From the human T2T-CHM13v2.0 reference genome, Homo sapiens: a stretch of 64,000 nucleotides of DNA. The stretch lies in the NCBI RefSeq assembly GCF_009914755.1, contig NC_060932.1; one strand, written 5' to 3'. A program made the translations under genes and the position numbers. Positions 1 through 14,089 of this stretch are shown one piece after another. The notes beneath the pieces were generated by a model. That model did no database searches. It saw only the letters and a list, made by a program, of their open reading frames with translations, and had not been told where the DNA came from. Position 1 is the stretch's first letter. Each line of letters starts with the position of its first letter.

Positions 1-1019
1 TTAGGCCTTGACTAGGTGGAGGGAAGTGCAACAGAGCAAGTTCCTGAGTGCAAGTGTCTTGAGACAAGAAGAGGCCCTTGAAGAACTGAAGGAAGTACTT
101 TCCTTCTGGCTGGCACAGGTGAGCAGCAGCAGGAGCGGAGGCCAGGAGGTCGATGGGGTGACTGTGTGGGTTTTCAAGCTCTGGTAGGGGGCCCTTTGCT
201 CCTGAGACCATGGTAAGCCACCAAGGGCCCTGGCAGCAGGAGAGGCTGTGACCAGATGTTTTATGCTTATGATTCTTTATTCTTTCCAATAAAAGCTGCC
301 CCTCTTAACACCCAGCACCACAGGCCAGCATGCACTGAGCACTCATCTGTGCCAGGCAGTGTGCTAAGTACTCCACTTGCATCAGTCCCTGATTCCACGG
401 GGCTCTGCCGCATGTCCAGGAAGGTGCCAGGGCCCCATTTTGTCCTGGTCCTTTCCGGTCTCCTCCCGCTCCTGTGCAAGGAAGCGAGGGGCGATTTTTA
501 GTTCCCCAGATGTTAGGGTGGGTGAGACAGACGCACCCCCTTATGGTCTCTCATCTAACAGACTTAGAATCCAGGATTTTCAGACCCAGAGGACCCCTGA
601 CATTCACCCTAAACAAGCTCTCACCTGCTGCCTGGACCCACCTCTCTAAAGCCACTATGGGGGCTGGAGACCAATAGAAAGCATCCCCCTGGATTCAGTG
701 CTTAGACGCAGTGGCCACAAGAGACGCCCTAATCCTCCTGCCCTCAATGGCAGATTGGATTCTTCCCCTCGTGGGGACTGAGGCTGCCTGGACAGCTGAC
801 CCCAAGGACGCAGGTGTCTAAATAAGATGGTAGGGGGGACTCAGCCAAGGATGTGCAAACTCATCAGTTAGTCAAATTGCCCCCTGACTCAGGGGGCAGT
901 GAGTGAGGTGTGAGGAGAGGGTCATGAGCTACTCCTCCCTTGCTTCACAGAGTGTAGAAGCACCTACTTCCAAGTCAGGTGGGAAGGCTGGAAGAGCTGG
1001 TGAAGGGTGTCCCCTAACA

Positions 1020-1210
1020 ACTAACAATTATTGAGAAATTACACAGCACTTGGCACTTGATAGACACAGGCCTTATCCTAATGATGATCCACCCTACAGA
1101 TGAGGACACTGAGGCTCAGAGTGGGCCTCTAGTCCCAGTCACATGCCTCTTAAGTGGCAGAGCTGGGGTTTGAAACTAGAGTCGTCTGCGTTCCAGAGCC
1201 TCTGCTGTAT
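1020..1210 (-). mobile_element. MIR SINE fragment
   Basis: Core 'acagatgaggacactgaggctcagag...agtggcagagctggggtttgaa' is the reverse complement of the MIR core; boundaries approximate. Confidence 0.75.
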
Positions 1211-1570
1211 GTGACAATATCATCCCTTCCAGAGATGCAGAGTGGCCTGGAATTCTCTAGGGAGAAGAAACTCGAGCAGAAGTATTGCTTCTATGATTTA
1301 GAGTCGTCTGGTTTCACAGATGACTAGCAGCCTGCCCCAAGTGGCTAAATACATGCCAACAATGGACTGCTGAGATAGCGCTGCGTGGTAATGTAATGGG
1401 TGCTCAGAGCATCCTCTGTTCTGTTCACACCCAACTGCAAATTCGTCCTAGCCACCCCCAAGTCCTACTGAGGCTGACAGGCAAGGCTTGCCAGTACCAA
1501 CTTACAGGCAGGGCCCTAAATGGCGAGTGGTCACAAAAATGGCTTGAATAATTTTTTGACTTTCAAAATT

Positions 1571-1785
1571 ATTGAGCATTCCTAATCTGAACATTGAAAA
1601 TCCAAAATGCAAAACTTTTTGAGCGCCGACATGATGCTCAGAGGAAATTCTCATGGGAGCATTTCAAATTTCAGATTTTCCAATTAGGGCTGCTCAACCA
1701 GTAAGTATAATGCAAATACTCCCCAATCTGAAATCTGAAACATGTCTGATTGCAAGCATTTTGCATAAGGGATATTCAACCTGTA
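1571..1785 (+). mobile_element. Tigger4a (MER46A-type) non-autonomous DNA transposon
   Basis: 'aaactttttgagcgccgacatgatgctca...gctcaaccagtaagtataatgcaaata...taagggatattcaacctg|ta' matches recalled Tigger4a consensus and ends in TIR plus TA. Confidence 0.85.
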
Positions 1786-2129
1786 TGACCCTGAAGTGGG
1801 TCATGTAAAGTAGTGAGCTGCATGTCATTTGGAAGTATCCAACAGATGATGGATGTTACCAGGGACGTGACAGAGGACCTTCCTGTGTATTCAGGTGGGG
1901 CAGACTAGATAGCATCTATGGTCTGCACAAAACAAACATAGGAACTGGCATATGTGTGTGTGTCTATGTGTGCCTATGTGTGTGTTGGACTAGGGGAAGG
2001 CTGAGGATCTGGGAGGGTCTTCAGCGCCCTTCCCTAACTTCAACTGTTAACGATTCTGCTTTATTTTATTTTATACCGGAGGTCTGATGCCAAAAGCCGC
2101 CTGAAAATCGCGGGTAGAGGGGAATGATG

Positions 2130-3010
2130 AGTTACTGAGGAATTCTAAGCAGAAAAATAACATGGTACGGTTTGCATTTAGAAATGTCCCTCTGCATGGT
2201 GGGGTGGAGAGTGGATGGGAGGGAAGCAAGAATGGAGGTGGTGAGGGCAACTGGGAGGCGACTGCAGCACCCACAGCAGCCAGAACTAAGGCAGTGGCGA
2301 GGAGAAGGGGCAGAGTTGACGGTTGTTTTGTAGGTGAAATCTGGGGGACTTGGTAGTTCCTGGTACATGCCGGATGAGGAGAAGGAGGCATCCTGCTAAG
2401 CCATAGGTGCTTGTCAGGAGGACGGTGGTGTGAGTCGCTGAGCTGGAGGACACAGGCAGGAGCAGTTTCTAAGGGAAAGGGGTGAGCTGAGGATTGGGCC
2501 TGTGTGTATGAGGCTCTGTGGGACACTCCCAGTCAAGACAGCAAACTGGCAGCTGCATTTTCAAGTCCAGATGTCAACAGAGAACTCTCGGATCTAGACA
2601 TAAATTTGGGTTTTCAATATATAAATGGCACTGAAACATGTATGAACGGAAGAGGTCACCAGGGAGGGACAGTATAGCTAGAAAAGGGCAAAGCACCCAG
2701 GAATGAGCCCTGAGAAACCCCAGCATTAGGAGGGGGCTGGCAAAAGAAGCCACAAAGTGAGTATGTGTGAGCAGACCACTGGAGCAAAGGGGCTAAAGCC
2801 CAGGCAAAAGGAATGCTTGGTGAGATTCAGATTTGTGGGACATCAGCATCTAGGATAAGACGAAAACGAAGGGAATGGACGGGAGTGAGAAGAACAGTGG
2901 ACCCCAGAAACATCAATGTGTCAGGAGAGCAGGAAGAAGAGACCTAGAAACAGATGGTGAAGGATCAGCCAGAGAAGTTTGAGGAGGATAAGGACAGAGT
3001 ACAGTCTCAG
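2130..3010 (-). mobile_element. L2 LINE fragments
   Basis: Purine-rich L2-like tracts ('ctaagcagaaaaataacatggtacggtttgcattt', 'gagccctgagaaaccccagcattaggag', 'cagccagagaagtttgaggag'); heavily diverged. Confidence 0.6.
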
Positions 3011-3019
3011 AAACTGGAT

Positions 3020-3445
3020 CCATTAAGATATTTTGACTGCATATAATGGGATAGCTGACTAAAATTGGTTTATCTAATAGGAACATCTATTCTTCTGTAA
3101 GACATCTAGAAGGAGGCAATTCCAGGGCTGGGTCAGTTCTTTATAAGCCAGGCTTCACTTGGGATTTTTCTCGTGTTTGCAAGATGGCTGCAGCAGCACC
3201 CAACAGCACACTTTGACCAATAATGTGGCTTTCTCCTTGCGTCCCTCCTTCCCCTTTATCAGGAAAGAAAATATTTCCCAGAAGTTCTCTAAGGTAGACT
3301 CTCCCTTATATCTCATTACCCTGTCCTACTGCAAGGAGGCTGGGAAAGTGAATAATATTTCAGCCTCTGTAGTAGAAACTGAGCTCCCACTGACAGAAGG
3401 TAGGAAAAAGGCTGGCATTACGAGGGCAACTAACAGGACCTGTAT
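3020..3445 (-). mobile_element. Ancient MaLR LTR (MLT1K/L-like)
   Basis: 'caagatggctgcagcagcacc', 'ctgcaaggaggctgggaaagtgaata' are typical of old MLT1 LTRs; subfamily uncertain. Confidence 0.55.
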
Positions 3446-3664
3446 TCAGAGCCCTTAGAGCAGAGAGGCTCCAGAAGGAAGGAGTGGTAAACAGCTCCAC
3501 TAGGGCAGCAGGGGTCAGTGACATGAACACAAGTGATCTAATAATATGGGGTGGAGGGAATGTTTGCTAAAGCAGTTCCAGGAGATTGGAGAAGACATCG
3601 AAACTGAATTACAAGTGAATTGATGAATGGCTGGGGATAATGAAGTAGAATAGACAGTGTAGAC

Positions 3665-4002
3665 CAATGGTTCTCAATGGTGGGAGATTTTGTCCTACAG
3701 GGGACATTTGGCAAGATCTGGAGACATTTTTGGTTGGTTGTCATAACTGGAAGTTGCCAACAACTATAGCAACTGGGTCGGGGGGACTATAACATCTTAA
3801 CATCTGTCATCATTGGGGAATGATCACAACTGTCACTACTGGCATCTAGAGTCTTTTGGTCTTCTTCTAAATGGAAAGGGATGCATCTCCTCTGGGTAGA
3901 GGCCAGAAATGCTGCTAAACATCCTACAGTGCCCAGGACAGCCCCCACAGCAAAGAATCATCTGGTGCAAAGTGTCAGTAGTGCTGAGGTTGACAAACCC
4001 TG
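3665..4002 (+). mobile_element. MER20 hAT-Charlie element with two internal insertions
   Basis: Starts 'caatggttctcaa', contains 'ggggacatttggca...ggagacatttttgg' and 'gctgctaaacatcctaca', ends 'aaaccctg'; 8-bp TSD gtgtagac (3657-3664) / gtgcagac (4003-4010). Confidence 0.85.
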
Positions 4003-5264
4003 GTGCAGACTATCCTTTCAACAGGTTAGGCTGAATAGGAAAGCAGAGTAGGCAGGGAAGGCCAGACAGGTAACAGGGCATGTTCATGGGCGGGAAGGGG
4101 CTAGGGATGCTGACGGATCATGGGTGAATGGGACCCTGGACAGCCAGGAGCAGGTGAGCTGACAGCTGCATTGAGGAGAGGCCTTGAACAGGAAGAGAAT
4201 TCCTGTGGCACTGGGATGGAAGGAGAGAAGACAAGAGTGGGGAGTGTTTATATGCGTGGGGCTGAAACGTGCTCCGGGAACTCAATCATCTGGAAGAAGA
4301 GGAGGCAAGGCCGACTCACCAAGTGTCAGAGGAGATAGCAAAGGAGGGAGGAAACAGTGGGGAAGTGTGTCAAGGGGAATGAAGAGAGGGCAGGCCATGC
4401 ATGGGAAAGAGGTGTGGAGCAAGTAGAGGGCTGAGGCTGGAGGCTGGAGTCTGTGCTGGTCACAGTCCTCATGGCCGCATGATTTTCTCAGAACTGCTCA
4501 GCATCCGGGGCCCAGTAAGGGGATGGTGCATCATGGGACTGCTGGGTAGGTCAGTGGCTGAGTGTGCAACCTGGAAAGGAGCTGAGAGAAGTGATGGGAA
4601 AATGGTTCAGGTGCTCAGCCCTGTGGCCTGGGCCCTGGGTAAGTCATTTAAACTCTCAAGACTTCACTTTCCTCATCTGAAAAGGGCTTAATGATACCAT
4701 TTCTCTCTCTACCTAATGGGGTGGTCACAAGGTTCAAATGAGAGTTTTTGAGAGGAGTAAACTATGACCCCCTCCTTAAAGGCTAGTTATTATTATTAGT
4801 CCTTGGGAGAGTGAATGACCAGGACCTTCATGATCATTTTCATTAAGCACCTGTTGCCTCCGACCTCCTTCTCAGCTTCCATATGCTCAGAATGAAGAGT
4901 TTCTGTCCTAGTGTGGCAGATGGACAAACGGCATTATGCCGGGATACACAGCAAGTCTGCAAATCTTCACTCTGCACCTTCGGAGCACTGGCTGCACGAG
5001 GAGTTCTCCGACTGCCCCATCCTTGTCCCCAGGGGCCAGGCTTCTTTTTACCTCTTGTCCAAGTTTCTTGTGCACAACCCTTTGATGAGCACTTGCAGGA
5101 GAGAAGCTGTCTTCATTGCCACCTGCTGTGGAACTTAATTAGAGCTCAACCAAAGCCAAAGAGACCCATGGAATGATCAGAGAGAGAAGAGTGAGAAAAG
5201 GGGGTGGGGAGTGAAGAGAAGCTAGAGTGCCAAGAGTTGAAGCCAGAAAAAGAGGAGGACACTG

Positions 5265-5320
5265 GCAGAGGTGACTGTTTGGCAGAGGTGGCTGCTTAGC
5301 AGAGGTGGCTGCTTAGCAGG
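5265..5320. repeat. 17-bp tandem repeat, three copies plus a partial
   Basis: gcagaggtgactgtttg / gcagaggtggctgctta / gcagaggtggctgctta / gcagg read directly. Confidence 0.9.
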
Positions 5321-6154
5321 GCTCCTTCCAGCTGGCTTTATCATAGATGCTCTCAATCTCTCAGACTTGACTGAGTCCCGGTGACAGGCAGTGGGAACCC
5401 AGGCCAAGGCAGTGGCAAGAGAAGGGATGAAGACAACCAGGAAAGACACTGGGAGAAGAAGCTATTGCCCTTGGAGTATCATGACTGGAGTGTCCAGGAG
5501 ACCAGAAATAGGGTCACCAGTGCAAGCATCACTTTAAGAAGGGGGCTCAGACTGGTGATCATTACTGACTTGAGTTTTTTGCCTATAATTTGTTTAATAA
5601 CAATAGCAGCTACCATTTATTGACCATCTATCCTGTGCCAGATGCATTAACTACAATAGCTTATTTAACCATAAGCCATCAGGTAGGGACCAGCATTTCC
5701 CTGGCAGATGGGGCCACTGGAGCTCGGGGAGGCCGCATGACTCACCCCAGGCCCGAAAGCCAGTGAGAGACACACCCAGCTCAGAGGCTTCACAGTCTGT
5801 GTTCCTGTCCCTGTGCCACATCATTAATATAACTAGCAGGGTTCTCTGCAGAAACACCCAACTCCTTGTTTCTCCCTCCTCGGGTATTAGCTTAAGTTCT
5901 TCCCAGAGCTTGGGCCTCCCCTAGACATTCCGGGGGCCACAGAGCATGGCCAATAATTGCTATCACCCCAATTTCTTAGGAGCATTTTTGAAGAGAATAG
6001 CACATTAGTTAAAACTGAATGTGCATTTCAATAGTGCATTCACAGGCCCTGAAACTGTTAATAGAGGAAATACTTTTGAACAGAGAACTTTCATGTCATT
6101 CTCTCTACAAGCCGTTCATTCCTTTCTTCATATATTCATGTATTATTTACTTAT

Positions 6155-6370
6155 TCAGTACAGTATAATGGCTAATAATTTGGGTTCTGGAGCCAGGCTG
6201 CCTGGATTCAATTCCCCATTTATGAGCTTTTTGAAGCTAATCTTTCTGTGTGTCAGTTTCTCTATCTGAAAAATGGGAGTAACACCTCCTAGGGTTGAGG
6301 TGAGGATTAAGTGGATTAGTTTACTTAAAACACTCAGAACAGTGCTTGGCCCCAGTAAATGCTAACATGT
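6155..6370 (+). mobile_element. MIR SINE
   Basis: 'ttctggagccaggctgcctggattcaa...gtcagtttctctatctgaaaaatggg...gtgaggattaagtg...agaacagtgcttggc'. Confidence 0.8.
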
Positions 6371-7680
6371 GCCAGGAGATAGCAAGTCCTATGGGGGACA
6401 GTTCCCGCCCTGGAGATGCTCACAGTTCAAGGAGGGAGTCAGGGACGCTCTATCCACCCCACCTACCAGCCAGGACAAGGACAGGACGAGGCCAGATCTG
6501 CTCGGCTTCTCCAGGGACTTTTCTTTCCCAGGTAGGTGCCACAGCCTTGGAGCTGGAGCCCAGAGGGGCAGAGCCCTGCTTTTACAGCTGGGCAGCCTGT
6601 ACCTATTCTGCCCTGGGGAGTCGGCTCCAGTCCCCAAGCCTGAAGGCCTGTTTGAGGCCATGCAGCAGTATGCATTCCTCTGACTAGATTTTTCTCCCCT
6701 GAACCCAGAAACACCTGCCTGGTTGAGGTAGGAGAGGCTTTTAGGATGCTGAGGTTTGGCCCTAACAAGGGCTCATCTCCCCAGGGAGGCTGGCTGATGA
6801 TCAAGTCCTGGCACTAGCAGTGCTGACCCCAGGCACCTCACAGCACAAGACACAGCCCAAGAAGAAAAGTCTCAGCCGTAAGTAGGGCATTGGCCTGGGC
6901 TTTGTCATTCGCTAAAGACATCCGCTGCCCCCAGTGCTTTGTGCCTTTAGATCTGGCTGTTGCCCCATTGAGGCGACAGCCTGTGATCTCCTCCTTTTGC
7001 TGGAGCTCGAACAGAACAAGGCTGGAGTCTCATTTGTCTGTCTGAGACTTTTAGAACCAGGCAGCTTGAAAAAATGAAGGGATAAAAGAAGCCGGCCAGC
7101 AATTAGGTAATGCCAGCCTGCCTGCCAGGCTCCCCGCATGGAGCTACCCTGGAGTTCACTGGGGAGAGCAGACATGTGGATTCTGGGGCTGGAGGGGTCC
7201 CAGCATGCACTAGGGGGGCAGCCAGGGTGTGTTGGGGTGGAGGGATTCTAGGAAGTGGCCAGTGACCTAACTCTCCGAGCCCCACCTGTACAATGGGGTG
7301 GAAAATGACAATCACACCAGGGGGTATGAGGCCTTCACCCGATCCTACTGTGATCACAGGTGACATGACAGGTGGTCAGTGATGCACGGCCCCTTCCCTG
7401 TCTAGTGTGCCTCCAGGGCAGCTTGTGCGCAGAGCAGCTCTGACTCCCCTCCTCCTGCGCTGTGAGTTGGGGAGCCCTCTCTCCACGGCTCTCTGGGCTA
7501 CAGAGAGCCCCTCTCCTGGCAGCAGTGTCCTCTGGAAATGACAAATGTTCCTCCCCCACAGCTGCTTCCTCCCTCTTAGCTTCCCTGTCAGGTTCTCTGT
7601 TGTGGACAAACAAAATACCTTGCTTATTCATCTCTGAATTTTCTCCTAGGCTGGTCCTCCTATCAAAAAGCATCTTCACT

Positions 7681-7990
<310 letters not shown>

Positions 7991-9236
7991 CTAGCCCTTC
8001 CCTCCTGCAAAGTTCAACTCAACACACTCCCCATCAGATGTGCCTTGGGGGCTGACACAGCCTCAGGTCTGTTCTTCAAATATCTGCATCCCTTCTCTGC
8101 AACCACATATTATTTGAGTGTTTTGGGGTTTTGTTGTTGTTGTTGTTGTTTGTTCGTTTGTTTGCCTCACGCCCAGGAACTCTCTGGTCCCGAGTTTAAG
8201 TTTTGGCTTCACAATTTACTGATTGACTGTGGGCAAGTCACTTAACCCCTATAAACCTCAATTCCCTCATCAAAAAATAATTTATAGAAATGTTTCCCCC
8301 GTATGTTGTCTCAGCAGCTCTTCAGGATAGTCCTATAACCTAGCAATAGTGACAAAGTCCTGCTTTACAGATGAAGTGACAGAGGCTTTGAGAAGTTATG
8401 TTGCTGCTCTGGAACACATGGCTAGTGACAGCACCTTGAGGTGAGTCCAAACTTCCCTTTCTATTGGGTCAAGGGAGAGTCCTTTTTCATTTTGCTTCTC
8501 AAAACTGTTGTGAAGATCGAAGGACATCTTCATCTGTTTACTCGACAAACATTTATTGAGACCACGGTGTGCCAACCTCGTCTCTTGGAGCAAAGGGTTC
8601 CATCAGCTGTAAGGATCTGGGCAGACGTGAGCCGAGGGTCAGGGCACCATGCCCCAAGCAGGGAGCCTATAGGTCCTGGCAGAGTGACCCAGGCTGTAGC
8701 ACAGCACCTAGCACAGGGTGGCTGCAGCCTCAGCCCAGCGATGAGCAGTCCTCTTCCCTCTTTCCAGGCCTCTCTTCCTAGGCCCCTCACACTTCATCCT
8801 TACAACCACCCTGTTTGGGAGACATCATTAGCCCCATCTTACAGATGAAGAGAATATGGATCCCAGAGGGCAACGGTCACCTGGGAACTTTAAAAGCCCA
8901 GTGCTTAGGCTGAATCTCAGACAGTTAAGTGAGGCACTGGGGGTGGGGAGAAGGGGTGGGCCCAGGCACTAGTAGTCCTTCTACAGCTGTCCACCCAGTT
9001 CCAAGTGCAGCCCGAGACGAGAGTACTGGCATAGTGGCCGGGCATCTGCAGGGACTTCTGACAAACGCGGTGGATGAGTCCAGAAGCTGGGCAGTCAGCT
9101 TGCAAATTGTCCAGGTCCTTCGATTTCTCTTTCTTGAAGGCAGTGTTGGGGAGGCAGTGGTGTGGGGGAGGCAGTGTGTTTGGGGTGGTTCTGGAGCTCC
9201 CCTCTCGCCCGCCTCTAGCCTTTTCTAGCTGGGTGA

Positions 9237-9632
<396 letters not shown>

Positions 9633-10270
9633 GTTGCCTTTCTTCTTTCCCCACTTCTGCTGCCCAAGTTTGGGACAATTCTGTTTATTCACACCTGCTC
9701 CAAAGGAAGTGAAATCCAGCTCATTTCTCCTTCTTATTGGTAGTATTGCCCAAGGGCTGGAGGGACCATGGGAATGGGCAGGGAGGAGCTTTGAGATGTG
9801 AGTGGAGTCCTGCTATCCACAATATGCAGCCTCCAGGACTGGCTGGTTCTTTTCCAAGTGTGGTCCAAGTCTGGGTGTGGAGAGTGAAATGAAGTAGAGA
9901 CAGTCTGCTCTGGGCCATAAGTGCTTGCTAAGTGCTGGGGCTTCTTTAGTGGGGTGAGGGCAGTGGTCATCTTTCTCTGTCCTTGGAAGTAAGTTTGAGA
10001 AGCAAGAATTAAGGGCTGCCTAGAGGGTCGGCTGGCCAAAACGCAGCCAGATATAGCAACTTCACCCCCAGAGGCAGGGTTACTCCAGGGTGAATCTTAG
10101 CACAGAGCCTGGTGCACGGTGGAAGGTCTGCCAATGCCTGCCTTGAAGGAGTATTCTATGTGCTTTTCTTCCCTTTTTTCCCCAGCTCTTTGTGCAGGAT
10201 TTCTTCCCAAGTCTGTTAGAGGCATCCTCATTGTCTCAAGAAGTTCACGGTTTTATAGGTCTTTGATTAT

Positions 10271-10744
10271 TGTCTTAGTGAGCTTAATCTGCCATAACAA
10301 AATATTATAAACATCAGGAAAGGAATTTATTTTTTCATGGATCTGGAGGCTAGAAAATCCAAAATCAAGATCAAGATGCCAGCAGGGTCAGAGTCTGGCA
10401 AGAGCTCTCTCCTTGGGTTGCAGATGGCTTCCTTCTCTGAGAGAGAGAATAGAAAGAAGAGAGACAGGAGACAGGAGAGGAAAAGGAAAGGAGAGGAGAG
10501 GAGGGGAGGGGAGGGGAAGGCAGGGGAGGGGAAAGAAGGGGAGGGGACAGAGAGAGAGAAAGAGTGCCCAATCTCTGTGATCTATTCTGATAAAGGCACT
10601 AATCCCATCATGAGGGCCCCACCCTCATGACCTCACCTACTCCTAACTACCTCCCAAAGACCCCATCTCCAAACACTATCACACCGAGGTTAGAACTCAA
10701 ACATGAATTTGGAGGGAGTAAGGGCCACAATTCACTCCATAGCA
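10271..10744 (-). mobile_element. MLT1A/MLT1A0 solo LTR with an internal GA-rich expansion
   Basis: Begins 'tgtcttagt', contains 'aatcccatcatgagggccccaccctcatgacc', ends 'ccatagca'; purine tract at 10439-10563. Confidence 0.8.
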
Positions 10745-11194
10745 AGAATCAAAAGGGAAGGCTTGAGGGATGCATGGTATGGAGTTGTTTTTTTTGTTTT
10801 TGTTTTTGTTTTTTTAATCATAACAGTAGACTAGAATAGACTAGAAAGACAAGAGACAAGAACGAAACTTCACTGCCCTCCCCACCTCCCCACCCCACTA
10901 CTGCTGCTGCCTCCACAAATATTCCAGCCCCAAAGACAAGGAGGGTTACCTGGAGGGGTGGAGTGGGGTTGGGTGGGGAGGAGACAGTTTGGAGAAGGTT
11001 AGAGACAAGAGACCAGAGTAGAAGGTGGAGGGGAGGACAGGAGAGGGGAGAGAGATGGGGCAAGGAGGAACAAGTCTGTGTGAGAAGAGTTGCCACACAC
11101 GTGGGCCAGTGTCAGGCTCCCAGCCAGATACCAGGCCAGTGTGGAGACTAAACCCACGTCCTCCCGGAGGAGCCAATGCTTGCAAACCATTCCC

Positions 11195-11213
11195 CTGCCT
11201 CCAGGGGGCGCTG
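11195..11213 (+). promoter_or_regulatory. CTCF-binding motif
   Basis: ctgcctccagggggcgctg is a close match to the CTCF core TGGCCACCAGGGGGCGCTA; binding is inferred. Confidence 0.6.
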
Positions 11214-11444
11214 CTTAGCCCCAGGCTGGGGAGCCACATTGAATTAATTGAAGTAAAGCGTTTACACTAGTTCATGGCACTTCCCCGGCCCTGAACGTGC
11301 CTCTGTGCAAGGCTGCCTGCGTGTACCCTGTGGATCAGATACTTGCTTGCACCCAAGGCTTTTCCTAAGCCCCTCTGAACTGTCCCATATAAACACTAAT
11401 TTTCAAGGGCTAGGAAAGCCATAAACTCCCTCAAAAATAAATAG

Positions 11445-11741
<297 letters not shown>

Positions 11742-12011
11742 TTAAATTAATAAATAGAAGAAAGCCTTTGCACCCAAAGGCAGAGTGCTAACAGGAAGGA
11801 AAAATCCCAGCCTTACTGCTCTGAGGGGTCAGGAGAGTAGGGAGCCCACCTCACTTGTTATATAACATTAATACATGTGATTATATAACATCAGCAGCAC
11901 AGTGTAGCAGTTAGGTACCCAGGCCTTGGAGCCAGACTGCCACCGCATAGGTTGTGGCTTTGTCCCTTCCTAGCAGTGTGATCTTGGGTTTCTGAATATC
12001 TCTATGCCTCT

Positions 12012-12584
<573 letters not shown>

Positions 12585-12726
12585 TCATTCCCATCTCATG
12601 AGGTGATAGCAAAAATTAAATGAACGAATTCAAGTAAAGTGTTTAGCTCATAGCACACATAGTTATTGCTCAAAAGAATGTTAGCCATTCTGAGCGTCCA
12701 TGGGGGTACTCACGACTCATGCCTGA

Positions 12727-12756
12727 CAGCCAATCAGGAGAGAGGAGGCGTGGTCA
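12727..12756 (+). promoter_or_regulatory. CCAAT box (NF-Y) plus GC/KLF box cassette
   Basis: 'cagccaatcag' followed ~10 bp later by 'gaggcgtggtc', with local CpG enrichment to ~12850. Confidence 0.45.
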
Positions 12757-14089
12757 AGGGCGAGTGGCTCGCCGGGAGCAGGCCTGGACCGAGATGGGGC
12801 AACCTTGGTACCTGCGCTGCAGTTTCCTCCTTTGTAAAGTGCGAATTACGTAAAATAACACTTGCAAATCTCTTCATATAATATCCAACACCTAGTAAGT
12901 ATAAGACAAATATTTACGTTTACATTTTTTCAGACAGGAGAACTGAGGCACAGAGGTTACAAACTTGTCCAAGTTCACACAGCACAGGAAGTATAAATGC
13001 TGAGATTTGAGCTAAGGCAGTCTGCCCCCAGAGACATCTGTGCCTGCACTTCAAGCGCATTGTTGAAAATGTAATTTATTTTTTGTTAACTTTTTTCCTT
13101 GTGGGCTGTTAACAGGATAAGATGACATTTGCCAAGCAAAGGGATAAATCTGTCTTAAATCTAATTTTCAGTGTATTTTTTTCTCTATCCTCTGTTGATA
13201 GACTAGCAGCCTTTAAACTAGAGATTATGTAAAAATCCATTCGAGTTGGCATCCATCTAGACGTAATAGACCCTTCTGGGTGTTCATGTCTATTAGTGAC
13301 TGATAGGCTTAAGTTACAACGTATCCAGATCCACATACCATAACAACATCCCTATACAATCAAAAGGTAGAAGAGTGTCAGCTGATGCTGCTTATTTCGG
13401 GTGGTACTGGATAACACAAAAGTACAAAGGAAGAGTTTAGAAGCTCCTAGGGGACTGCTGTAGAGGTTTGGCCTGTGCTTAGAAACACAGACTTGGGGGA
13501 CTGGTGACTCTGGGTTGACTCCCACCTTTGCCAACTGCTAGCTGTGTCTTCTTGGGCAAATTCCTCAACTTACTGTCATTCAGTGGTACCCATATGTGGT
13601 TAACACTTCTGTGTTCATGCGATCTTCTACAAAATCAAAGTGAAGTGTACCAACCTCCTGCTGAAAAAAACCCCAGGGGCACTTATTAAATGTAGGTTTC
13701 ATGGCTTTACCCAGTTCTGCTGAATCTCATCCTCTGGGAACAGCACTGCAGAATCTGCATTTCTGACAAGGCTTCCAGATGACTCCAGGTCAGCCGACTC
13801 AGCCTGAACCCCCGTACCTCAGGCAGGTATGGGACTGGGGCAGCAGAGGAACTTTTTGGGCCATGCTGCTACAGGTCTGTCTTGGAGCTTTGCCTCAAGC
13901 CCCTGGACGGGTGATTAGAGCAATGAGCCCTTTGGGGGCGGCATCCTCAGGGCTGGCGGCTGCAAGCTGGCTTTCTGCGTGAGTGCTCTGGGTGACCATC
14001 GTGACGGACCTGCACTGGGTGAGGGCGGCCTGACTCCCCCCTTCCCTAAAGGGCTTTGTAGAATAGAAGCCACCTTCCCCTGGCTTTTG

